A DNA stretch of 33,827 nucleotides from an uncultured Candidatus Saccharibacteria bacterium (GTDB lineage: Bacteria > Patescibacteriota > WWE3 > UBA101185 > UBA10185). The notes under the pieces are model-generated. The model searched no databases. It saw nothing but the letters and a program-made list of their open reading frames with translations, and was not told the DNA's origin. The position numbers and the translations under genes were made by a program. This document shows positions 1 to 7,067 of this stretch, piece by piece. The DNA lies in assembly GCA_964530415.1 (NCBI GenBank), contig CAZHAM010000001.1:1-33827 (forward strand), read 5' to 3'. How positions within the stretch are numbered: position 1 is the first letter of the stretch; each line of letters starts with the position of its first letter.

Positions 1-538
1 AGTTTAGAGCATTCTTATTACATACCGCTATAAACTCTGCTGTTTCGATTTTTTCATTTATTAATTCTGAGGTAACAAATACATCTTTGGCGTGTGCAGA
101 GATGCTATATGGAATATCTGTAATTTCTGAAATTAGCATCATCATTGTCGATGGGTCGGATAAAAAATGGGCGTGAATATGGTCGGGTTTCATTTTTTTT
201 ACAACGACAGAATAGCCAACCGCTTTGCCTAACAAGAAAATCTTATTAAAGAAGAGTGTGTTTAAATTGGTTAGTAAGTTATACGCATTTATAACTTTTG
301 GTAAATTAAAAACAAAGATCGGAATTAATCCAAAAATGTGGGTGAGTTTTAGCTGATTATAAAACACGCGATCTTTTAAAACATCTGGTAAAACACCGTT
401 TCCTTTTTCAATTGAAAGTACGCTAACATCAATTTTTTCTCTTGAAGCAAGTTTAGCTACTTCTTTTTCGATAAAAATTTCCGAAAGTACCGGGAACCTT
501 GGGACGTAAAAGACCACCTTTTTTGTATTATTTGCCAT
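1..538 (-). CDS. glycosyltransferase, GT4-like; N-terminal part only, 3' end lies beyond the window start
   Basis: I reverse-complemented and translated by hand from the ATG at 538: MANNTKKVVFYVPRFPVLSEIFIEKEVAKLASREKIDVSVLSIEKG...MKPDHIHAHFLSDPSTMMM...ISAHAKDVFVTSE. The frame stays open to position 1. It is missing from the ORF track because it is truncated. The pattern resembles the N-terminal half of WcaL/GT4-type sugar transferases. Confidence 0.55.
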   Translation of the reverse strand, partial: MANNTKKVVFYVPRFPVLSEIFIEKEVAKLASREKIDVSVLSIEKGNGVLPDVLKDRVFYNQLKLTHIFGLIPIFVFNLPKVINAYNLLTNLNTLFFNKIFLLGKAVGYSVVVKKMKPDHIHAHFLSDPSTMMMLISEITDIPYSISAHAKDVFVTSELINEKIETAEFIAVCNKNALN

Positions 539-590
539 TATATGTTCATTTTATCAGATACACGCCGATTTTTCCCACTGACCTATAGCT

Positions 591-618
591 TTGATAAGAT
601 GGGATTTTAGTGTAAAAT
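591..618 (+). promoter_or_regulatory. sigma70-like promoter candidate for the orphan gene (TTGATA-N16-TAAAAT)
   Basis: TTGATA at 591..596, a 16-nt spacer, then TAAAAT at 613..618. It lies about 50 nt upstream of the ATG at 669, in a divergent intergenic region. Confidence 0.35.
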
Positions 619-668
619 GGGCGCTATTGACAATTGAATACTATCAGATACGAAAGGATGGGAAAAAC

Positions 669-1493
669 ATGAGCACTTCGAGAAATCCAGAGGATGCGGT
701 GTATTCGATAGCGAGTCTGTTGGGAAAGCTGACTGGGGCTGAATTCTATGTTGCAACGTCATTAACAACCGTTGGTGGTGAATTTCGTAACTACCGGCAA
801 GGTTGGGCTGGAAATCCCACTCAAGTTACACGAAAATACTCACCTGTTACTGACCAAACAATTGACACGCTTTTATTTGCCGATAAACAGCAGGGCGGAA
901 AACCATTTAAACCATTGGTTTATCCTGCTATAAATGGGCTGAATCCCGACATATTTCGTTCTAGCAAATTATCTGTGGAACCCCCTGCAATATGCTTGCG
1001 TATGTCAGATGGCTATACTGATCTGTCTGTATCAGTAGGTGGATTTCAGCCTAGAAAGCAAAATCGATTGTATGCCGGAATATTTCTTTACACCGCACTA
1101 GTACGTCAGGTAGTACCACATCACATAGGAACACGTTTCAAAACATTGGAAGAGTATGAATCTGCGGTTAACCAACTCGCCAGACCGATTACATGCAATG
1201 CGCTGGACCATTTTCGAACGTATTACTTAATACGTATTTTTCCAATGGTTTTTGGGGAGTTCCAGTATTTTCCGGGCAACCCAGAAATGCAAACGGCGGC
1301 TATGCACATCGATTTCAAAACCCGAGCCCCTGTAAATTTTTTACGGTTTGTGTCCGGCTTGTGTGGTCAAAAACCCATAATCTGGGGACGACACCCAAAA
1401 GATCCGACAGGAGCATTTTGGTTAAAGACCCCGGTTCAAGATTTTGGGATTATGGCCCGGTCCAATAGTTGGGATCCGAGAGACAAGAGATAG
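669..1493 (+). CDS. hypothetical protein, 274 aa, no family recognised
   Basis: The ORF is open from 591 to 1493. I prefer the ATG at 669 because AGGA sits at 655..658, about 10 nt upstream, and the TTG at 591 coincides with the predicted -35 box. No TM segment or signal peptide is visible. It is more GC-rich than the neighbouring genes. A 300-codon open frame at about 47% GC is very unlikely by chance. Confidence 0.6.
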   Translation: MSTSRNPEDAVYSIASLLGKLTGAEFYVATSLTTVGGEFRNYRQGWAGNPTQVTRKYSPVTDQTIDTLLFADKQQGGKPFKPLVYPAINGLNPDIFRSSKLSVEPPAICLRMSDGYTDLSVSVGGFQPRKQNRLYAGIFLYTALVRQVVPHHIGTRFKTLEEYESAVNQLARPITCNALDHFRTYYLIRIFPMVFGEFQYFPGNPEMQTAAMHIDFKTRAPVNFLRFVSGLCGQKPIIWGRHPKDPTGAFWLKTPVQDFGIMARSNSWDPRDKR

Positions 1494-1508
1494 TAGTTAA
1501 TATCAACC

Positions 1509-1555
1509 GCGCGGCGCTTCTAACCACTCAAATCATCGAGTGTTAGGCGCCGCGC
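1509..1555. terminator. long GC-rich hairpin between convergent genes (orphan gene and ugd)
   Basis: GCGCGGCGC (1509..1517) pairs perfectly with GCGCCGCGC (1547..1555). The inner helices 1520..1523/1543..1546 and 1525..1529/1538..1542 extend this to about 18 bp with two bulges and an 8-nt loop. On the + strand it is followed by TTT. There is no U-tract on the minus strand. Confidence 0.6.
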
Positions 1556-1575
1556 TTTCGTATCCAAATCAAAAA

Positions 1576-2946
1576 CTACTTACCGTTTTTCAACAATGCA
1601 AAATATTCGCCATTCTTATCACCCTCGATACTTTTAACACCATTTGTTCTTTTTCCGATCGCAAAATACATATACCCAAGTTCTTCAACTTCTTTTTGGT
1701 TTAATAGATTTCGTCCGTCAAAAATAACTTGCTCCTTGAGAAGTTCAGATACTCTATGTAAATCTAAATTACCAAACTGCTTCCACTCGGTTAGTATAAA
1801 TAGTGCATCGGCGTCGTCCATTGTTTCGTAAGAATCCAAGCAGTATTTAATGTTTTCATCACCTAACACTTTTTTGGCGTTTAACATTGCTTCGGGATCA
1901 TAAGCATAAATTTTTGCGCCCAAACCGCGCAACGTTTTTACGATTTCAATCGAAACTGATTCGCGAATGTCATCGGTATTGCCTTTAAACGCTAAACCAA
2001 GAACGGCAAATTTCTTTCCGCTTAAATTTTCACCGTAGAATCTTTTTACTTTTCTGACAAAGTTATCCTTTTGAAGTTTGTTAACTTCCATTACACCTCT
2101 TAAAAGCTTAAAATCATACGCCTGATCAGTAGAAGTTTTGTACAATGCTGCGACATCCTTGGGAAAACAACTTCCTCCATAGCCTATACCCGCATTCAAA
2201 AAGTGTCTGCCTACTCTTCTGTCCAAGCCCATACCCTCGGCGACAGTTGATACATCGGCGCCGGCTCTTTCACACAACTGGGCAATTTCGTTAATAAACG
2301 ATATTTTTGTTGCTAAGAATGCGTTTGATGCGTATTTAATCATTTCGGCCGATCTCAAATCACTCTCGACAATCGGAGTTCCCAAATGCGCATAAAGTCT
2401 TCGCATAACTTCGTGGGCTTTAGCTGTTTCTGCGCCGACTACTGTTCTATCGGGCTTCATCATATCTTCAACGCTCGAACCTTCGCGCAAAAACTCAGGG
2501 TTTGAAGCAACATCAAATTCGTGTACGGTCGTTAAATTATCTTTAATAATCTGCTTAATTTTTTCATTCGTCCCAACCGGAACTGTACTTTTTGTAACAA
2601 TTACTTTATAGCCGTTTAAAGTTTGACCGATTTCTTTTGCAACTTGCCATATCGCAGATAAATCAGCAGCCCCCGTATCGCTTTGGGGAGTTCCAACGCA
2701 TATAAAAACAATTTCGGCGTCTTTGATACCTTCGGAAAGTGAAGTTGTAAACGTTAGTCTGTTTTCAGAGATATTTTTTAAAACAATATCGGAAAGTCCT
2801 GGTTCATAAATCGGCATTTCTCCGGTTTTTATTCTTTCAATCTTTTTTTCGTCAATATCTACACCTATAACTTTATTTCCCCAATCTGAAAAAATCGCAG
2901 CGCCAACCAAACCAACATAGCCTGTACCTATTACACAAAGGTTCAT
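1576..2946 (-). CDS. ugd: UDP-glucose 6-dehydrogenase
   Basis: N-terminal Rossmann motif VIGTGYVGLV, catalytic-Cys motif GGSCFPKD, and full-length similarity to the UDP-glucose/GDP-mannose dehydrogenase family. GGAGG lies upstream of the ATG. Confidence 0.9.
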   Translation of the reverse strand: MNLCVIGTGYVGLVGAAIFSDWGNKVIGVDIDEKKIERIKTGEMPIYEPGLSDIVLKNISENRLTFTTSLSEGIKDAEIVFICVGTPQSDTGAADLSAIWQVAKEIGQTLNGYKVIVTKSTVPVGTNEKIKQIIKDNLTTVHEFDVASNPEFLREGSSVEDMMKPDRTVVGAETAKAHEVMRRLYAHLGTPIVESDLRSAEMIKYASNAFLATKISFINEIAQLCERAGADVSTVAEGMGLDRRVGRHFLNAGIGYGGSCFPKDVAALYKTSTDQAYDFKLLRGVMEVNKLQKDNFVRKVKRFYGENLSGKKFAVLGLAFKGNTDDIRESVSIEIVKTLRGLGAKIYAYDPEAMLNAKKVLGDENIKYCLDSYETMDDADALFILTEWKQFGNLDLHRVSELLKEQVIFDGRNLLNQKEVEELGYMYFAIGKRTNGVKSIEGDKNGEYFALLKNGK

Positions 2947-2997
2947 ATTAATACCTCCAAAAATTTATAAATGCTTGGGCAGAAAATTTTTAAACTT

Positions 2998-3753
2998 CTA
3001 AATCTTATAGACACCCCTGATGTCGTTTATTCGTACTTTAATTACATCTCTAACCATTTTTATCGAAGTTTCAAAAAAGTTTAATCGGGTAGTTTTAACA
3101 AATGTCCAAATTACAGGAACTTCTTTAATTTTGTATTTTAACTTTCTCGCCAAATACAAAACCTCAACATCCCAAGCCCCGAGATACGCTTTCTCCAAAA
3201 CTGGAGCATCCGGACCATAAATCTTTAATCTGCTAAATATATCCTTTGCAGATTTCTTGTTAAAAAGCTTAAATCCACATTGGCTGTCGTTGATTCCCGG
3301 TAATAAAACTGCCTGAACAAAAAAGTTGAATATTCTTCCAATAAAGTGTCTGTAAAAAGGTTCGCCTATTCTTTGCGCACCGATACCCTCACGAGATCCT
3401 ATAACAATATCGTAGCCCTGGTCTCTAGCCCAAACCGACAGTTTCTTAAGCTCGCTAATCGGGGTAGACAAATCCGAATCACAAAGATAAATATATTCGC
3501 CTTGGGCTTTATCAACACCAGCCCAAACCGTGGCTCCTTTGCCTTTGTGAGGATTTTTTAACAGAATTAATTCAGGATTTTCTTCTAGAAAAGATTCGGT
3601 GATGTCAGCAGTGTTATCTTTACTTCCATCATCAGAAACTATAACTTCAAAGGATTCGGCAAAACCTCTCATAAAGGTTAGAACTTGGTTTATTGTCGAG
3701 GAGATCTTGTCGGCTTCGTTAAAGGCCGGTATAACGATAGAATATTCTTTCAT
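2998..3753 (-). CDS. GT2 polyprenol-phosphate glucosyltransferase-like protein (ALG5 / Dol-P-Glc synthase-like)
   Basis: IVIPAFNE...DDGSKDNT...HKGKGATV...CDSDLS...DSQCGFKLF...WDVEVLYLA is the typical motif series of ALG5-like GT2 enzymes. A 1-nt gap separates it from the upstream gene. Confidence 0.75.
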   Translation of the reverse strand: MKEYSIVIPAFNEADKISSTINQVLTFMRGFAESFEVIVSDDGSKDNTADITESFLEENPELILLKNPHKGKGATVWAGVDKAQGEYIYLCDSDLSTPISELKKLSVWARDQGYDIVIGSREGIGAQRIGEPFYRHFIGRIFNFFVQAVLLPGINDSQCGFKLFNKKSAKDIFSRLKIYGPDAPVLEKAYLGAWDVEVLYLARKLKYKIKEVPVIWTFVKTTRLNFFETSIKMVRDVIKVRINDIRGVYKI

Positions 3754-3754
3754 A

Positions 3755-4876
3755 TTAATGTTTTTTCCAAATAATTTTACTATAAACCGTGAAATTCCAC
3801 ACCAGACCGAATATTACTCCAATTACAAAAGCTATGTTTGAAATAATAAATGTGTCTCCAAACCAAAATGTAAAATAATGAACTATTTGTGATCTCACTA
3901 AAATTGGAATTGTGGACGAAGCAAAATATAAGAGTGCTGCGGTTATCTTTTTTTGACCGCTACCTAGTTTTCGATCGTCAAAAGACCAAAAGTTGTTGAG
4001 TAAAAATGTTGTTAACATGGCTAGACCCCCAGAAATAATTGCGCTAAACGAAGATCCGATTTCGGGAACAAGCCTTAGAATGTTAAACAATGTTGAGTCT
4101 ACGATTAAACCAGCGACACCAACGATTAAAAATTTAAAGAAGTTTTGATTCTCGTTGTATCTGAGAGTTAAAACAACTCTGAGGGAATCCGCAAAATTGT
4201 TGCGCTCCATTTTAGAATTTCCTCTGTCTCTTAGACCAAAATCAACCGGAATTTCTTTAAACTTTGCGCCGAGTTTATGCATTTTAAACAAAAGATCAAT
4301 CTTATAAGCAAAGCTTTTGGACATAACACTATCTAGATCAATTTTATCTACAAAACCTTTAACCCTTGCAGCTTTAAATCCTGACGTAAAATCATTAACT
4401 TCTAAAATTCCTAAAACAATTTTTGAAAATAAATTTCCGCCTCTACTTAAAAATTTTCTGTAAAATTGCCAATCTTTGGGAATTGTGCCCCCTTTTACAA
4501 ATCTGGAAGCAATTACATAATCGTAACCGTTTTCAATTTCATCGGTTAATCTCACAACATCCTCGGGATTATGTTGAAAATCTGCATCTATTTCAAGTAA
4601 CACATCTGGTGCCAAATTTTTTTGTGCATAGTCAAAGCCATATAGATACGCGGCACCTATACCTGCTTTTTCTTTTTCTAAAAGTAACTGAACATTTGGA
4701 AAAACTTTTGCTTTCTGTAAAACAACTTCGCCGGTTCCGTCTGGAGAATTGCCGTCAACCACTAATATTTGAAAATCTATGTGAGATCTTTTTTTAAATA
4801 CTTCCTCTAAAGCATCAATGAATTTACCAATATTTTCTTTTTCGTTATAAGAAGGAACAACAACAATAACGCGCAT
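3755..4876 (-). CDS. GT2 polyprenol-phosphate mannosyltransferase-like (DPM1/Ppm1-like) fused to a C-terminal GtrA-like membrane domain
   Basis: The N-terminal part reads VVVPSYNEKENI...VVDGNSPDGT...EIDADFQH (GT2 DxD). The C-terminal ~125 aa has four hydrophobic segments (FLIVGVAGLIVDSTLFN...WNFTVYSKIIW), typical of GtrA. Confidence 0.75.
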   Translation of the reverse strand: MRVIVVVPSYNEKENIGKFIDALEEVFKKRSHIDFQILVVDGNSPDGTGEVVLQKAKVFPNVQLLLEKEKAGIGAAYLYGFDYAQKNLAPDVLLEIDADFQHNPEDVVRLTDEIENGYDYVIASRFVKGGTIPKDWQFYRKFLSRGGNLFSKIVLGILEVNDFTSGFKAARVKGFVDKIDLDSVMSKSFAYKIDLLFKMHKLGAKFKEIPVDFGLRDRGNSKMERNNFADSLRVVLTLRYNENQNFFKFLIVGVAGLIVDSTLFNILRLVPEIGSSFSAIISGGLAMLTTFLLNNFWSFDDRKLGSGQKKITAALLYFASSTIPILVRSQIVHYFTFWFGDTFIISNIAFVIGVIFGLVWNFTVYSKIIWKKH

Positions 4877-4877
4877 A

Positions 4878-5135
4878 TTACATTCCCACGACAGACATTA
4901 ATAACAAAAGCACAAAAACGCTAAATAAAATATATTCCGCAGCAATGGTTTTTGTGAGCCTACCCTCCAGGGCATGATGAATTATACCCCAAAGTGTGTA
5001 AAAAACCGAAAGGAATAAAAGTATCAAAACTAAAATTGAATAGTTGTATCTGAATAACAGAATTAATACCCCAAAAGATAAAAATCCGACTACTAAAATT
5101 AAGTATTCAAGCATGTGCCTTTCGTTTTCATTCAT
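4878..5135 (-). CDS. small integral membrane protein, about 3 TM segments, unknown function
   Basis: An 85-aa ORF with three hydrophobic stretches, packed between the CAP-domain gene (4-nt gap) and the GT2-GtrA gene (1-nt gap). Confidence 0.5.
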   Translation of the reverse strand: MNENERHMLEYLILVVGFLSFGVLILLFRYNYSILVLILLFLSVFYTLWGIIHHALEGRLTKTIAAEYILFSVFVLLLLMSVVGM

Positions 5136-5139
5136 ATTT

Positions 5140-6120
5140 TTATAATACCGCTCCCGGCTTTAATACAAACCAAATACTCCCCAAAACCATTAAGAGTAAG
5201 GTGAGGTGGGCTAATGTGTGGCCATTAAATTTTAAAATACCCATTTTTCTTGAATACCAAATATCTATAAATAATAGAACTGATACAAATCCTCCAAATG
5301 CAAAGCTGATACCTTTAGCCGCGGTTGAGACGTCAATTATCGGTAAAATTCTAGGACCGCGCTCTAACTGTGTCTCGGGGTTTACTGCATTTTCCGCAGA
5401 CGGTACCTGCGCTAAATCACTAGCCGCTTCTTCGGTGATTTGCCTTAAAATCTCGTCCTCGTCCTTTTTTGTGGCCATTGCGTCTATGTTGCGGGGCCTA
5501 CCAAACATTTGCACCACCAAAGTAGTTTCGTAGCCATCCATAACACCGTTTACCACAGCAAAACCAATTTCATCGTAATTTTTATTTAGCAGATTTTCGC
5601 GGTGAGACGGGGAATCCATCCAAGCGCCTACCACTTCTTTAGAATTCGAGAAGTTTTTAGCCAAGTTTTCTCCCGCATAAACGTAATCGTAATCCTGTCC
5701 TAAGATAAAATCCCACGGTTCGGCCCCCGAAGGCGACACGTGTGCCCAATATCCGTTTTTAAACATATCGCGTGCCTTGCTTTCAGCGGCTTTTGTTAAG
5801 GATTCGTTTAAAACAAGGGTGTTTAAGCCTGTTTCCTGCCTTCGCTGATTTGTGTATTCGAGCAAATCTCTCACACTTATATCCGACGCGTAACCGAGTA
5901 CTCCGGGCAGTAATTTTGGAAGCATCCTAAATACCAGCGCCACAGCTATAATTGCCACGCAATATATCATTATGGATTTATTAGATAACAGCGTTGCGCG
6001 TGTTTTTTGCTGAGGATGGGGCAGAAAATGATACATAAATTGAAATTTTTCGATACTGTGGCTATCGCGCCTCCAGTCGTGTATGACTCTTTGCTTGATT
6101 GGGGTGAGTTCGTCGGACAT
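5140..6120 (-). CDS. membrane-anchored CAP/SCP/PR1-like domain protein (YkwD-like)
   Basis: CAP-domain motifs: AESKARDM, GYWAHVSP, YAGENLA, WMDSPSHRENLL, IGFAV. There is one N-terminal TM segment and two C-terminal hydrophobic segments. Confidence 0.7.
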   Translation of the reverse strand: MSDELTPIKQRVIHDWRRDSHSIEKFQFMYHFLPHPQQKTRATLLSNKSIMIYCVAIIAVALVFRMLPKLLPGVLGYASDISVRDLLEYTNQRRQETGLNTLVLNESLTKAAESKARDMFKNGYWAHVSPSGAEPWDFILGQDYDYVYAGENLAKNFSNSKEVVGAWMDSPSHRENLLNKNYDEIGFAVVNGVMDGYETTLVVQMFGRPRNIDAMATKKDEDEILRQITEEAASDLAQVPSAENAVNPETQLERGPRILPIIDVSTAAKGISFAFGGFVSVLLFIDIWYSRKMGILKFNGHTLAHLTLLLMVLGSIWFVLKPGAVL

Positions 6121-6162
6121 TAGTTTAATTCTACCCGTTTATAGCTTAAAATATCAAGGCAA

Positions 6163-6780
6163 TTACATAAACGGTTCGAGTACGCTCAAAACGGCAGCGT
6201 ATTCCTCGGAAACAGTACCCATGCCCGAAACTTCTTTAACCATTCCTTTAGTTTTAAAATAGTCGAGTACGGGCAAGGTTTCTTTTTTGTATTTCTCAAT
6301 CCTCGTTAAAACTGCTTCTTCGGTATCGTCGTCTCGTTGAACAAGATTGCCTTCACATTTAGCTAGTTCTTCTTTGGGTATGGTGTAAATATTGTAAATT
6401 TTGCCGTCAGAATCGCACGTGCGTCTACCCGTAATTCTACGTAAAGTTTCTTCAACTGGAATGTCCAATAACACAACAACGTCCAAAGGAGGTTCAAATA
6501 ATTCGATCTGCCCAAGCGAGCGGCCATAGCCATCTAAAATGTATCCATTTTTGCAATCTTCGCGTTCTAATCTCTTCCTCATCAAATCCGCAACTAAATC
6601 ATCGGGTGCTAATCCACCAGACTCCATAATTTCTTTACTTTCTAAATATCTCGGATGTGTTTCTGGGAGATCTCTTAAGGTCTGCCCCATTGAAATCGAA
6701 GGAATTTTAAATTGGTCGGATAATCTTTCGCCTACAGTTCCTTTTCCGCAGGCCGGAGGTCCGGCTAATAATATTTTCAT
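6163..6780 (-). CDS. adk: adenylate kinase
   Basis: P-loop GPPACGKGT, ILDGYGRS, a lid segment TGRRTCDSDGKIYN...VQRDDD, and a position downstream of secY. Confidence 0.9.
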   Translation of the reverse strand: MKILLAGPPACGKGTVGERLSDQFKIPSISMGQTLRDLPETHPRYLESKEIMESGGLAPDDLVADLMRKRLEREDCKNGYILDGYGRSLGQIELFEPPLDVVVLLDIPVEETLRRITGRRTCDSDGKIYNIYTIPKEELAKCEGNLVQRDDDTEEAVLTRIEKYKKETLPVLDYFKTKGMVKEVSGMGTVSEEYAAVLSVLEPFM

Positions 6781-6794
6781 AATAAATAAGGTTA

Positions 6795-7064
6795 CTACGA
6801 TAGTCCGGGAATTCCAAGATCTTGCATTTGCCCGCGCATTTGTTTTTCGACTTTTTTATCTGTTTCTTTCATTGCTTCGTTGATAAGATTTTTTAGATTC
6901 TTGTCCTCTTCACCGTCAATTTCAATTTTTTCTATTCTTTTATCGCCCCTTACGACAACTTTTATGTTTCCCGATTCCTGAACTACAAATATTTGTTCGA
7001 GCTGTTTTTTAATATCTGATTGAATTTTTTTTAATCTATGTAAATCTTTTAATTTATCAAACAT
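6795..7064 (-). CDS. YbaB/EbfC-family nucleoid-associated protein
   Basis: The 89-aa sequence aligns by eye with E. coli YbaB: LKKIQSDIKKQLEQI...GNIKVVVRGDKRIEKIEID...LKNLINEAMKE...IPG. Confidence 0.7.
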   Translation of the reverse strand: MFDKLKDLHRLKKIQSDIKKQLEQIFVVQESGNIKVVVRGDKRIEKIEIDGEEDKNLKNLINEAMKETDKKVEKQMRGQMQDLGIPGLS

Positions 7065-7067
7065 AGT

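Noticed and set aside
591-668. An N-terminal extension of the orphan ORF from the TTG at 591 (ORF-track start).
   Set aside because: The TTG is part of the TTGATA that I read as the -35 box. The ATG at 669 has an AGGA at suitable distance.
1193-1468. A 91-aa ORF in another + frame inside the orphan gene.
   Set aside because: It is fully nested in the longer ORF, its composition is low-complexity and Gly/Pro/Arg-skewed as expected for an off-frame read of GC-richer DNA, and it has no start signals.
560-1500. A GC-enriched block that might be a large structured ncRNA rather than a gene.
   Set aside because: A single frame stays open for 300 codons at about 47% GC, which is very unlikely for non-coding sequence. 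I found no group I/II intron, RNase P or tmRNA hallmarks and no extended long-range complementarity by eye. I treat it as protein-coding.
3020-3841. Three + strand ORFs (66-80 aa) antisense to the GT2 genes.
   Set aside because: These are typical shadow ORFs opposite real genes in AT-rich DNA. They are low-complexity Ser/Ile/Phe-rich with no start signals.
6331-6429. An adenylate kinase lid with only two Cys (TCDSDG...KCEGN) instead of the four-Cys zinc lid or the E. coli-type zinc-free lid.
   Set aside because: My by-eye alignment of the second half of the lid is ambiguous, and mixed lids are known in the family. This is not enough for a finding.
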